A DNA stretch of 64,000 bases from Candidatus Deferrimicrobiaceae bacterium (GCA_963792415.1 CAWBVY010000009.1:1-64000), one strand, 5' to 3'. Shown: positions 1 through 9,561, counted from the first letter of the stretch. Notes: generated by a model not told the origin, from the letters alone. Translations and numbers: made by a program.

Positions 1-28
1 CTGCTCTGCCGGGTTGAGCTAGTGGCCC
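1..28 (-). tRNA. 5' part of a tRNA running off the window edge (possibly tRNA-Lys)
   Basis: Reverse complement GGGCCACTAGCTCAACCCGGCAGAGCAG is an acceptor 5' strand plus D-arm; the anticodon lies outside the window. Confidence 0.6.
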
Positions 29-91
29 ACAGTTTTTAAAGAACGAAGACGGGAACGCCCGATTTCTATAGGAACGTCCCTGTTTTCAGTT

Positions 92-166
92 TGGCGCGCC
101 TGGGAGGAATCGAACCTCCGCACCCGGCTCCGGAGGCCGGTGCTCTATCCCCTGAGCTACAGGCGC
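92..166 (-). tRNA. tRNA-Arg(CCG)
   Basis: GCGCCTGTAGCTCAGGGGATAGAGC, anticodon arm CCGGC-CTCCGGA-GCCGG, GGTTCGATTCC T-arm, CCA end. Confidence 0.95.
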
Positions 167-188
167 CCTTTCCTGATTTAAAAAAAAA

Positions 189-265
189 TGGGGTGAGTGA
201 CGGGGATTGAACCCGCGACCCCCAGGGCCACATCCTGGTGCTCTGCCAACTGAGCTACACTCACC
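189..265 (-). tRNA. tRNA-His(GTG)
   Basis: GGTGAGTGTAGCTCAGTTGGCAGAGC, anticodon arm CCAGG-ATGTGGC-CCTGG, GGTTCAATCC, CCA end, G-1 present. Confidence 0.95.
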
Positions 266-287
266 ACATGGCAAACGGCGAAAGAAG

Positions 288-316
288 ATTATACAAACCG
301 GGGTGTGGGGGGTCAA
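288..316 (-). promoter_or_regulatory. sigma70 promoter of the tRNA cluster
   Basis: Minus strand TTGACC-17 bp-TATAAT just upstream of tRNA-His. Confidence 0.8.
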
Positions 317-334
317 CGGGAATCGGGATCCCAG

Positions 335-395
335 AAAAGGGACGTTCCTAAGAACTTTCATCAACTCACGGAACGTTCAGGAACGTCCCCGTTTT
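335..395. repeat. REP-like inverted repeat (GGGACGTTCCT...AGGAACGTCCC) with a further half copy at 70-86
   Basis: AAAAGGGACGTTCCT at 335-349, AGGAACGTCCCCGTTTT at 379-395 and AGGAACGTCCCTGTTTT at 70-86. Confidence 0.55.
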
Positions 396-396
396 G

Positions 397-2983
397 CTAC
401 GGCCGGAAACGGCGCAGGCGGAGCGCGTTCGAGACGACGGTGACGGACGATAGCCCCATCGCCGCAGCGGCGAGAACGGGGGAAAGCAGAACCCGGAAAT
501 GCGGAAAGAGGACCCCCGCGGCCACCGGTATGAGCACCACGTTGTAGGCGAACGCCCAGAACAGGTTCTGGCGGATGTTCCGGAGGGTGGCACGGCTTAA
601 ACGAATGGCCGCCGCCACCCCCATCAGGTCCCCGCTCATCAGGACGATGTCGCCGGATTCGATCGCGATGTCCGTGCCCGTGCCGATCGCCATCCCGACG
701 TCTGCCTGGGCCAAGGCCGGGGCGTCGTTGATCCCGTCCCCCACCATCGCGACGACCTTCCCCTCGGCCTGGATCTTCCTCACTTCCTGCGCCTTCTGGT
801 CCGGCAGGACTTCCGCGCGCACCCGCTCGATCCCTGCCTGGGAGGCCACCGCCATCGCCGTCCCCGGGTTGTCCCCGGTCAGCATCACGACGTCGAGCCC
901 CATCCCGCGCAGGACCCCGATCGCCTCGGGAGCGCCCTCCTTCACCTTGTCGGCCACAGCCACCACCCCCGCGGCCTTTCCATCCACGGCGACGAAGATG
1001 ACCGTGGCTCCCGACTCCTGGAGCTCACGGGCAACGGATAGAAGCGTCGAACCGTCGATCCCCTCCTCCGTAAGCCACCTTGCGCTGCCCACGTGGACGC
1101 TCCGTCCCTCGACCGTGGCCCGGACCCCGTGGCCCGGCAGGGAGTGGAAATCCCCGGGAGACGAAAGGGCAAGTCCCTTCTCTTTCGCGCCACGGACCAC
1201 CGCGTCGGCCAGGGGGTGCTCCGACCCGGTCTCGGCGGAGGCTGCAAGCCGAAGCAGCTCCCGCCAGCCTTCCTCTTCCGGGAAGGGACCGCCCGGCGCG
1301 ACCCGGATACCGGTAACACTCGGGGCGTCCGAGGGTGATCGTCCCCGTCTTGTCGAGGACGACGGTGTCCACCTTGTGCGCCGTTTCCAGCGCGGCCCCG
1401 CTCCGGATCAGGATGCCAAGTTCCGCCCCCTTTCCCGTTCCCACCATGATCGACGTGGGCGTGGCAAGACCAAGCGCGCAGGGGCAGGCGATGATGAGAA
1501 CCGAGATTGCACTCAGCATGGCGTAGGTAAGCCGCGGCTCGGGTCCGAACGCAAACCAGGCGGCGAAGGTAGAAAGGGCCACGCCGATCACCGCGGGGAC
1601 GAACCAGGAAGCGATGACGTCCGCCAGGCGTCCGATCGGCGGTTTGCTCCCCTGCGCCTCCTGCACCATCCGGACGATCCGGGACAGGACCGTGTCCTTC
1701 CCCACGTGGGTGGCGCGCACGACGAGCCGGCCGTTGACGTTCATCGTCCCGCCCGTCACGACGTCGCCTTCTCCCTTGTCCTTGGGGATCGGCTCTCCCG
1801 TCATCATCGACTCGTCGACGGAGCTTGCCCCTTCCTCCACGGTCCCGTCCACCGGAACCTTCTCCCCCGGCCGGACGACGACCCGCTCCCCGGCCATCAC
1901 CTCCTCGAGGGGGATGTCAACCTCTCCACCGTCGCGGATTACCCGCGCCGACTTCGGCACAAGGCCGATCAGTTTTTTCACGGCTTCGGACGTCTTCCCC
2001 TTGGCCCGGGTCTCGAAATACCGCCCGAGGAGGACGAGGACGATGATGGCTGCGGACGTTTCGTAGTACACATGCGGAGCGGCCCCCGGAACGGCGAACA
2101 GCCCGGGGAAAAAGGTGGCGATGGCGCTGTAGCCGTAAGCAACCGTCGTTCCCAGCGCTACCAGCGTGTTCATGTCGGTCGTCCCGTGCTTCGCGGTGGC
2201 ATAGGCGCCGCGGTAGAACCGGGACCCGACGTAGAACTGGATCGGGGTCACCAGGACAAGTTGGAGAAGAGCGTTCGTAAACAAGGATAAGGGCATCCGC
2301 CCGGGACCGGCGACCATCTCCCAATGCGCGAGAAGAAACAGAGGGACCCCGAGGAACAATCCCACGCGAAGCCGGGAGAGCAGTGACCGCTCCTCCTCGC
2401 GCTGCATCCGCTCCTGCCGCGCAACCGGATCTTCCTCCGGCCTGATCTCCGGGATGGAATACCCCACTCCCTCGATCGCAACGCGCAACGCCCCCATGTC
2501 CGCCACCCCGGGAAGAAACTCCGCCGTCCCGGTCTGCGTTGCGAGGTTGACGCTCGCGGAGAGGACCCCGGGCACCGAGAGGAGTGCTTTTCCCACCCGG
2601 GCGACGCACGATGCGCACGTCATCCCCTCCACCGGAAACTCCGTCTTCTGCACGGGAACCTCGTATCCGGAGTCACGGATCGTGGAGACAAGGCTCGCCA
2701 TCCTGGTCTTTTCCGGATCCACCGTAACGGTCGCGGTCTTTGCGGCCAGGTTGACGGATGCGCCGGAAACACCTTCCACGCGGGAGAGGGCCTTTTCTAC
2801 CCGGGCGACGCAGGAGGCGCAACTCATTCCCTCCACCGGGAAGGTCCACCTCGCCTCTTTCCCGGGCATCCCTCCGGAAGGCGAAACGGACGTTTCCGGC
2901 GGCACGTGAAGAGCCGCGCAGTTGATCACCTTGTTATCGGTCATCACACCATAAGGATGAGGAAAATGCCTCGCCCGACTCAA
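397..2983 (-). CDS. copA: Cu+-translocating P1B-type ATPase, one frameshift near 1320; start codon uncertain (2983/2944/2869)
   Basis: Two GMxCASC metal-binding domains, TGEP, CPCALGL and DKTGT in ORF 1025..2983; TGDN, GDGIND, YN and MxxSS in ORF 397..1200. Confidence 0.92.
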
Positions 2984-3011
2984 TTTGGCCGGATTGGCCG
3001 CCGGGGTTTGC

Positions 3012-3020
3012 TGCTATAAT
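3012..3020 (+). promoter_or_regulatory. extended -10 promoter of tRNA-Arg(TCT)
   Basis: TGCTATAAT 13 bp upstream of the tRNA. Confidence 0.65.
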
Positions 3021-3033
3021 CCTATCACCTTGC

Positions 3034-3110
3034 GCGCCTGTAGCTCAGGTGGATAGAGCAGCTGCCTTCTAAGCAGCGGGTCCGAGGTTCGAGTCCTCGC
3101 AGGCGCGCCA
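3034..3110 (+). tRNA. tRNA-Arg(TCT)
   Basis: GCGCCTGTAGCTCAGGTGGATAGAGCA, anticodon arm GCTGC-CTTCTAA-GCAGC, GGTTCGAGTCC, CCA end. Confidence 0.96.
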
Positions 3111-3119
3111 GTTTCCTCT

Positions 3120-3420
3120 TTCGATTCAGCTTCTTGCAAATCGTTGCGTTCGGGCTCCCTCCCGGATTCAGCCTCTGTTTGCATATAGTTTGCATTCCGT
3201 CCGTCCGGATCGCCGAATACGTACCGCTCCAGAATGTTCGGTATCTCCCTCGTCGCTCCCGGAACGAGGTCGGCGTAGTACTTCGCCGTAGTCGCCACGT
3301 CCGGGTATCCGAACGCCTTCGAGACGTGGTAGATAGGGGCGCCCGCCGAGGCGAGGAGAGCTGCGAAGGTCCCCCGCAGGTCGTGTATACGGATCCGGCA
3401 AAGCCCTGCGGATTTCAGGG
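3120..3420 (-). pseudogene. C-terminal remnant of a tyrosine recombinase/integrase
   Basis: The frame of ORF 3014..3298 extends upstream as LKSAGLCRIRIHDLRGTFAALLASAGAPIYHVSKAFGYPDVATTAKYY (HxLR box II, LGH degraded to FGY, catalytic Tyr); no N-terminal part; abuts the tRNA 3' end. Confidence 0.8.
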
Positions 3421-3547
3421 AAGGTCGTGAGCCTTCCGGACTTTCGACTCGTCCACGGGACTCCCCGCTTCGTTAACGGAAACTGTCGCCGAAGAGATTC
3501 AAGAACTTTTGGAAAGATTGATCCGCACCCAACCGTATTGATAGGCA

Positions 3548-3698
3548 CTTAATTCGTAGTCAAGTGCTCTATCCGGCTGAGCTAAGGGCGCGTCCGTGAG
3601 GAAAGTCATTCTACGGCAAGGGGTTTCCCCCGTCAACCGCGTCCGGGAGAAACTCCCTTTCCACCCCGAAAATGGCGGTTGTTTGCGCGGGGTTTGCG
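3548..3698 (-). mobile_element. att-like module copy 1: 5' half tRNA-Arg(ACG) (3553-3591), promoter (3608-3636) and GTTTGCG pair (3681, 3692)
   Basis: Reverse complement GCGCCCTTAGCTCAGCCGGATAGAGCACTTGACTACGAATTAAG with no T-arm after it; TTGACG-17-TAGAAT upstream. Confidence 0.8.
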
Positions 3699-3808
3699 GT
3701 CCGTGCGGTCAGATGAGTCCGCACGACTTCGAACAGGCGTCGCTAACACCGGCCTAACGGATGTCTACGAAATAGGGGGAAGTCCACGGTCCTCCTCGCT
3801 GGTCTCTC

Positions 3809-5350
3809 TCATTTCACCAGTTCAAAATCACCGGGCATCCAGGTCTTGTCGAACCAGGCCTGCAGCGGACCGTAGAGGCGCAGCAGCACACTGTAGCTCT
3901 TCCCCGGCATGGTCTGGATCCAGTTGCCTTCATGTCCCTTGGGCGCTTTCGGACCAAACCACATGGTGTAGGAACCATCCGCATTCGCTTTCACCGAAGG
4001 GTTATTGCTGTCGAGCCCGCCCGTTTTCTGATCGGTTTCAAGTGCCGAACGAGTCTGCCCGTCATACACCATGAATGACCAGAAATCCTTGGCCGGGACC
4101 GGAGCGGGCAATGTGCATTTGTAGGTCTTGCCGCCGTCGAGATAACGGCCTTCCGAATCATGCACGCTCATTTCGTAGGCGGAACCCGTTCCAACCTTGG
4201 GCTTGGCCATGGCGGGGGTGATGGCGGTCGCGTAGTAGTGGAACATGATGCGGTCATCCAGCACCAGCTCGCCATTGTTCATGAATTCGTGGCTTCCCCC
4301 GGCAAAGGAGGAATACCACTGGCGTTTGCCCGGGTAGAAATAGGCTCTCTCATATCGAGGGCGGAACGTGATCGTGCGCGCCGTCGCATTGCCGATGGCC
4401 ACTCCCTCGGTGAGGATCTTTTTCATGCGGGCGTCTGGCGCAAAGGGCTTGCCCTTCTTGATGCCGATCGAGGCAAATTGGCCGACCAGTTCCGGATTGA
4501 AAGCGTTGGCGGGCTCATACTGCACCACCGCGTTCAATTCTTCATAGAAGGAGTAGTCGTTCGCATGGATGGTATTGATCTTCGCACCCGAAGCGTTGAC
4601 AACTTTCCCTTTTGGAGGATTCTTCATTTTCGAGAGCGGATAGATGCGGAATTGCGTTCTCAGGCCTTTGGTAGACGCTTCGATGTTGCCGTCCTTGACC
4701 AGCGCGCGCAAGAACATCCAGTTGCGGTAGGTAGGCGTCTTGACGACGCGATAACCGTCAGGAAGCTTTCCCTTATAGTCCGGACCGACAAAGACATACT
4801 TGCCGCCCTTGCCTTTATTCGGACCCGTCGCGCCTAAGTCGGTGACCCAGCGGAAGAACGCATCATCAACGGCCCCGAGGAGAGCCCCGGCGGGAACTTC
4901 CACGATGGCCGGCTCCGCCTTGACGTTGATCTCGGCAAACGCGTAGGGCGTGGTCGTTTGCGGGGTCAACAGCAAACTTCTGGCGTCATACAGATTCTCC
5001 CAAAGAACCAGGTCGCCCGGCTTTGCTCCCGCCTGCTTCAGCCCTTCCAGCATCGCATAGATGGACGCGGCGGGGATTCCGTTGAGGAAGGCATCAACGG
5101 CTCTGGACAGATCAATGAAGTCGCGGGTCTTCTTCACCGTTGCTTCACTGGGCATGCCGTCAAAGAAATCAAGTTCACCGAGCATTTCCGTCTGCACCTT
5201 GTCGGGTGTCATCAGGCCGGGGGGGACGTCGGCTTTGTATTTCGGCTCTGCAGCCGAGGCTGAACAATTGACTCCAAACAGCAGCGTGGCGGAGGCAAGC
5301 AACGCCATTGAAAAGGCGAGGACGTTCGTACATTTCTTCTTTGTGTTCAT
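3809..5350 (-). CDS. secreted DUF1254/DUF1214 domain protein
   Basis: 513 aa, signal peptide, TPDKVQT..G.L.FFDG.P, GKGGKY, FWSFMVYD, NWIQT.PG, LRLYGP motifs. Confidence 0.88.
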   Translation of the reverse strand: MNTKKKCTNVLAFSMALLASATLLFGVNCSASAAEPKYKADVPPGLMTPDKVQTEMLGELDFFDGMPSEATVKKTRDFIDLSRAVDAFLNGIPAASIYAMLEGLKQAGAKPGDLVLWENLYDARSLLLTPQTTTPYAFAEINVKAEPAIVEVPAGALLGAVDDAFFRWVTDLGATGPNKGKGGKYVFVGPDYKGKLPDGYRVVKTPTYRNWMFLRALVKDGNIEASTKGLRTQFRIYPLSKMKNPPKGKVVNASGAKINTIHANDYSFYEELNAVVQYEPANAFNPELVGQFASIGIKKGKPFAPDARMKKILTEGVAIGNATARTITFRPRYERAYFYPGKRQWYSSFAGGSHEFMNNGELVLDDRIMFHYYATAITPAMAKPKVGTGSAYEMSVHDSEGRYLDGGKTYKCTLPAPVPAKDFWSFMVYDGQTRSALETDQKTGGLDSNNPSVKANADGSYTMWFGPKAPKGHEGNWIQTMPGKSYSVLLRLYGPLQAWFDKTWMPGDFELVK

Positions 5351-5421
5351 ATTTGATTTCTCCTATATAAGCCAGGAAGTGAGGGAACGCGCTAAAGCGC
5401 TTTCGGTCACTGTGTTTACGT

Positions 5422-6939
5422 TTATTGAACCAGCTCGACGTCACCCGGCTTCCAGGTTTTGTCAAACCACGCCTGTTCTGGACCATACAGGCGCAGTATT
5501 ACGTTCCAACTCTTGCCGGGAACGGTCTGCACCCAGTTGGCTTCGTGACCCTTCGGCGCGGTCGGACCAAACCAGACATCCACCGATGTGTCGGCGTTGA
5601 TGACAACGCCTTTTTTCAGGCTGCTGATGCTCGGGAATTGCTGATCGGTTTGCAGCATCGAACGGGTCTGGCTGTCATACGCCACAAACGACCAGAAGTT
5701 CTTGGCCGGGATATTGGGCGGCAGGTGGATCTTGTAGGTCTTTCTTCCGTCAAGAGGCTTACCCTCGGAATCGGTGGTCGCCGCGGCGTATTGTGAGCCG
5801 ATCCCCACCATCTTCATCGCCATCGCCGGCGTGATTCCGGTAGCGTAGTAATGGAACAGGACACGGCCATCCAGGTTGCGAACCCCGGGTTGCGTCAGGA
5901 ACTCGTAGCTGCCTCCGGGGAAACTGGTGAACCATTTTCGATCCGGATAGTAATAGACCCCTTCCATGCGGGGCCGGAAGGTGATGGCTCGTGCAGTCGC
6001 ATTGCCCACCGCCACGGCCTCGGTGAGGATCTTCTTCATCCGGGCATCGGGAGCAAATTTCTTGCCCTTCTCGATACCGATGGCAGCTAGCAAACCGAGC
6101 GTTTCCGGGTTCAGCGCCTCATTCGGTTCATACTGGACGATCGCGTTCAATTCTTCATAGAAATGAAAGTCATTGGCGTGGATCGTATTGAGCTCCTTGC
6201 CGGAGACATTAATGAACTTCATCGGCGGCGGGTTCTTGGCCTCGGACAGCAGGTATACCTTGTGGAATTTCTTGGTGTTTTCCACGGCGGTTTTCGTGCC
6301 GCCGTTGTCCAGGAAGCCGCGCCAGAAGGACAGGTTGCCGTAGGTCGATGATCGCAGGACGATGTAGCCCTCCGGCACCTCGCCGCTGTAGCCGGGAGGC
6401 AGCAGCAGGTACTTGCCGCCCTTGCCCTTGTCCGGACCTGCGTTTCCAAAGTCTGCCACATACCTGAACCAGTGGTCATCGATGACGCCCAGAACGTTCG
6501 GCGCCGTTTCGATCACGAGCGGACCTTTGCTGGTGTCCAGCCACATCATGCTGTAGATGCTTTCGGTATTCGGCGTGAGATAGAGCGACTTCGAGTCCAT
6601 CAGGTTTTCCATGATGAGCACAGTCCGGTTGTTGTCCGCCCCCTGACTACCCCAACCGGTGCGGAGCGCTTCAGCCGAGGCGCCAGGCATGGCATTGAGA
6701 AAGGCCGCCACTCCGCGCATGAAGTCGAGATTTTCGTAAACCTTCTGCGTGGTGGAATCATCCGGGAACCCGTCGAAGAACTTCAATGTGCCGAGACGCG
6801 TCTCGACGCTGTCCGGCGTGGTGATGGCTTCGGGAATGTCCGTCGTCATCTTCATCTTCGGCGGTTCTGCGGCCCAAGCTGACGCGGTCAACCATGTAGC
6901 TATGCATACGGCCAATGTCGCCCTTATTGAGTTTTTCAT
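5422..6939 (-). CDS. secreted DUF1254/DUF1214 domain protein (paralog)
   Basis: 505 aa, signal peptide, TPDSVETRLGTLKFFDG, GPDKGKGGKY, FWSFVAYD, NWVQTVPG, LRLYGP. Confidence 0.88.
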   Translation of the reverse strand: MKNSIRATLAVCIATWLTASAWAAEPPKMKMTTDIPEAITTPDSVETRLGTLKFFDGFPDDSTTQKVYENLDFMRGVAAFLNAMPGASAEALRTGWGSQGADNNRTVLIMENLMDSKSLYLTPNTESIYSMMWLDTSKGPLVIETAPNVLGVIDDHWFRYVADFGNAGPDKGKGGKYLLLPPGYSGEVPEGYIVLRSSTYGNLSFWRGFLDNGGTKTAVENTKKFHKVYLLSEAKNPPPMKFINVSGKELNTIHANDFHFYEELNAIVQYEPNEALNPETLGLLAAIGIEKGKKFAPDARMKKILTEAVAVGNATARAITFRPRMEGVYYYPDRKWFTSFPGGSYEFLTQPGVRNLDGRVLFHYYATGITPAMAMKMVGIGSQYAAATTDSEGKPLDGRKTYKIHLPPNIPAKNFWSFVAYDSQTRSMLQTDQQFPSISSLKKGVVINADTSVDVWFGPTAPKGHEANWVQTVPGKSWNVILRLYGPEQAWFDKTWKPGDVELVQ

Positions 6940-7110
6940 TCCCGTCTCCTTTCAGGGATGTGTTCTTCTCATTTTTCAGCGGATATGCAAACCATATCTT
7001 CTGCCTCCCCCTTTCAGGAACAGGGGGCGCAAAAAACTTTGGGATGATTTTGGTGGCAATTGGATGGATAGGACGCCTAAAGGATTCAACTTGATCAATA
7101 ACCTGATCCC

Positions 7111-7418
7111 GCGAAACCCCCTTTTCACCCCGAAAACGGCCGCTGTTTGCGCCGGGTTTGCGTCCTGCTGTCACTTCCAGTCATCAACCGGCACTTCCTG
7201 TCCACTTGGAGGAGGGCCTAACCGGCTGAAAACGCTGGAACGACGCGGGGATACACGGACAACGCAAAGCAGTTCGTAGTCAAGTGCTCTATCCAGCTGA
7301 GCTAAGGGCGCGTCCGTGAGGAAAGGTATTCTACGGCAAGGGGTTTCCCGCGTCAACCGCGACCGGGAGAAACCCCCCTTTCACCCCGAAAATGCGAGTT
7401 GTCTGCACGCGGTTTGCA
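7111..7418 (-). mobile_element. att-like module copy 2: GTTTGCG pair (7145, 7156), 5' half tRNA-Arg(ACG) (7273-7311), promoter (7328-7356), GT(C/T)TGCA pair (7401, 7412)
   Basis: Near-identical to copies 1 and 3; tRNA similarity stops exactly after the anticodon loop CTACGAA. Confidence 0.82.
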
Positions 7419-7569
7419 ATTCAAGTCAACTGAATTTCCTTCTCTTTCAGGAACGCGGCGAATACCTGATCCACAACCCGGATGTGGTCTTTCAACCAGT
7501 TGCCCAAAAAAGTGCCGAAGGATTCGCTGTTTTTATTTTTTCGGTAATTCCATCTTCCTTGAAATCCTC

Positions 7570-7690
7570 GACCTCACCGGGTACGGGGCGGAGAAGTCGC
7601 TCAGCGTCGACAACATCTTCGTGATCGCGATGATCTTCGGCTTCTTCGCCGTGCCTGCGGTCTACCAGCACCGGGTTCTGTTCTGGATGA
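7570..7690 (+). pseudogene. internal fragment of a TerC/Alx-family gene
   Basis: LTGYGAEKSLSVDNIFVIAMIFGFFAVPAVYQHRVLFW matches the SLSVDN..QHRVLFWG segment of the intact TerC at 22380. Confidence 0.75.
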
Positions 7691-7746
7691 TTGCCATGTT
7701 CCGCTACCTGTTCCGTACCTCTTGAAGCGATGTCCGTGAAAAGACG

Positions 7747-9561
7747 TTACAGCTCTTCCACCCAGGTGTGGCGGCCCTTCAGCACGTCCATGGCGACTTC
7801 GTACATCTTCCGGTCGTCGTTGATCCAGAGCTCGCGCAGGTATCCATCGACCCGGCGGCGGGACCGGCGGCAGAACAGGTCGGCGAGCACGACCGCTTCC
7901 CGATGGTTGGTATGGGCGTCATACACCATGCGATGGGCGCGTGCGACCACCGCGGTGATGGCGAAGAGCTCCAGTCCCGCCTTGACGATACGGCGCAGAA
8001 ACGCCTGCTTCTTGGCGAGTTTCGCCTGGTGGAGGAGCATCCCGTGGAATATGGCCCGGGCCAGGCGCCGCGACGTCCGGTCGGCGTACCGCAGGTGGGT
8101 GGCCAGTTCCTTGAACTCCGCGTACTTCGGCCAGCGCCCCCACCCGATGTACCGGGAGGGGTACCAGGCCGCGTAAAACGAGACGATCTTCGGCAGCGCC
8201 TTTATCTTGCCGCGCGCGGAAACCTTTGGATCGATGAGGTCCCTTGCCACCTGGAAATGCCGGTCCACGGCCTCCCGGGCGATGAACAGGTGCATGATCT
8301 CGGTGGACCCTTCGAAGATCCGGTTGATCCGGCTGTCCCGAAAGGCCCGCTCGACGCCGATGGGTTTCTCCCCGCGGGCCGCCAGGGAGATTTCGGTCTC
8401 ATACCCCCGGCCGCCCCGGATCTGCATGGCGTCGTCCACCAGGTCCCATCCTCCTTCGGAGCCGAACTCCTTGGCCGCCGCGGCCTCCAGCCGGATATCG
8501 TAATCTTGACGGGTCGACAACCGGCTGGCGAGGTCGGTGACGGCTTCCATGGCAAAGGTCATGCTCGCCATCTGCGCCAGCTTCTGGGCGATCGCTTCGT
8601 GCTTCCCGACGGGGTGCCCCCACTGCACCCGCTCGCCGGACCAGACCCTGCAGATTTCCAGCAGCCGTTTGGACGCGCCGACGACGCCCGCAGGCAGGGC
8701 GAGCCGCCCGGTGTTGAGCGTCACCAATGCGATCTTCAGCCCCTCGCCCTCTTTTCCGATGAGGTTCTCCTTCGGGACCTTCACGTCCCGGAAACCCAGT
8801 ACGGCGTTTCCGATGGCGCGCAGTCCCATGAACCGGCACCGGTGGTCTACGTGCACCCCGGGCGAATCCATTTCCACGATGACGGCACTGATATCGTCAT
8901 TGACCGGATTCCGGGCCATGACGACGATGATCTCTGCCAGGGTGCCGTTCGTGCACCACAACTTCGTACCGTTCAGCAGATAATGGTCCCCCTTGTCCTC
9001 GAGCGTTGCGCTCAGGCGGCCCGGGTCCGATCCGACGTCCGATTCGGTCAGGGCGAAGGCGCTGATGGCCCCCGCCGCAAGGCGCGGGAGGTACTTTTTC
9101 CGCTGCGCTTCCGTACCGAAGACCTTGAGGGGCTGGGGGACTCCGATCGACTGATGGGCGCTCAGCAGCGCGGTGATGTTCCCGCAGGTCGAGGCCAGCA
9201 GTTTCATCACATTATCGTACTCGGACTGGCTGAGGCCGAGACCGCCGTACTCGATCGGTATCTTCATGCCGAACGCGCCCAGCTTCCGCAATCCTTCGAT
9301 AACGCGTTCCGGATACTCCCCGGTGGCATCGATCGCGACGGGATCGACTTCGCGCAGGAGGAACTCCTTCATCTTGTTATAAAACTCGGTATACTCTTCC
9401 CGTTCTTTAAGCTCTGGATACGGATGGACCAGGTCGAGCCGGTAGTTCCCCAGGAACAGTTCCTTTAGAAAACCTGGGGCCCGGACATCTTTCTGCCGGG
9501 AAGCCTCGGCGATTTCCATGGCCTTTTCTTCACTTATGTCGCGATGCGTATGTTCCCCCAT
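7747..9561 (-). CDS. acyl-CoA dehydrogenase (long, ACAD9/VLCAD-like)
   Basis: 604 aa; SAHQSIG, FALTE..GSD, NGTKLWCTNG, QIRGGRGY, RINRIFEGSTEI. Confidence 0.92.
   Translation of the reverse strand: MGEHTHRDISEEKAMEIAEASRQKDVRAPGFLKELFLGNYRLDLVHPYPELKEREEYTEFYNKMKEFLLREVDPVAIDATGEYPERVIEGLRKLGAFGMKIPIEYGGLGLSQSEYDNVMKLLASTCGNITALLSAHQSIGVPQPLKVFGTEAQRKKYLPRLAAGAISAFALTESDVGSDPGRLSATLEDKGDHYLLNGTKLWCTNGTLAEIIVVMARNPVNDDISAVIVEMDSPGVHVDHRCRFMGLRAIGNAVLGFRDVKVPKENLIGKEGEGLKIALVTLNTGRLALPAGVVGASKRLLEICRVWSGERVQWGHPVGKHEAIAQKLAQMASMTFAMEAVTDLASRLSTRQDYDIRLEAAAAKEFGSEGGWDLVDDAMQIRGGRGYETEISLAARGEKPIGVERAFRDSRINRIFEGSTEIMHLFIAREAVDRHFQVARDLIDPKVSARGKIKALPKIVSFYAAWYPSRYIGWGRWPKYAEFKELATHLRYADRTSRRLARAIFHGMLLHQAKLAKKQAFLRRIVKAGLELFAITAVVARAHRMVYDAHTNHREAVVLADLFCRRSRRRVDGYLRELWINDDRKMYEVAMDVLKGRHTWVEEL

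Noticed and set aside
1300-1340. Programmed frameshift or split copA
   Set aside because: A single indel in an otherwise intact gene with no clear slippery site, in an indel-prone assembly.
575-2290. Long plus-strand ORF opposite copA, and similar ORFs at 7768..9468, 29361..31574, 31255..33378, 35167..37119 and 47778..49553
   Set aside because: Antisense shadow ORFs of GC-rich genes with no recognisable motifs.
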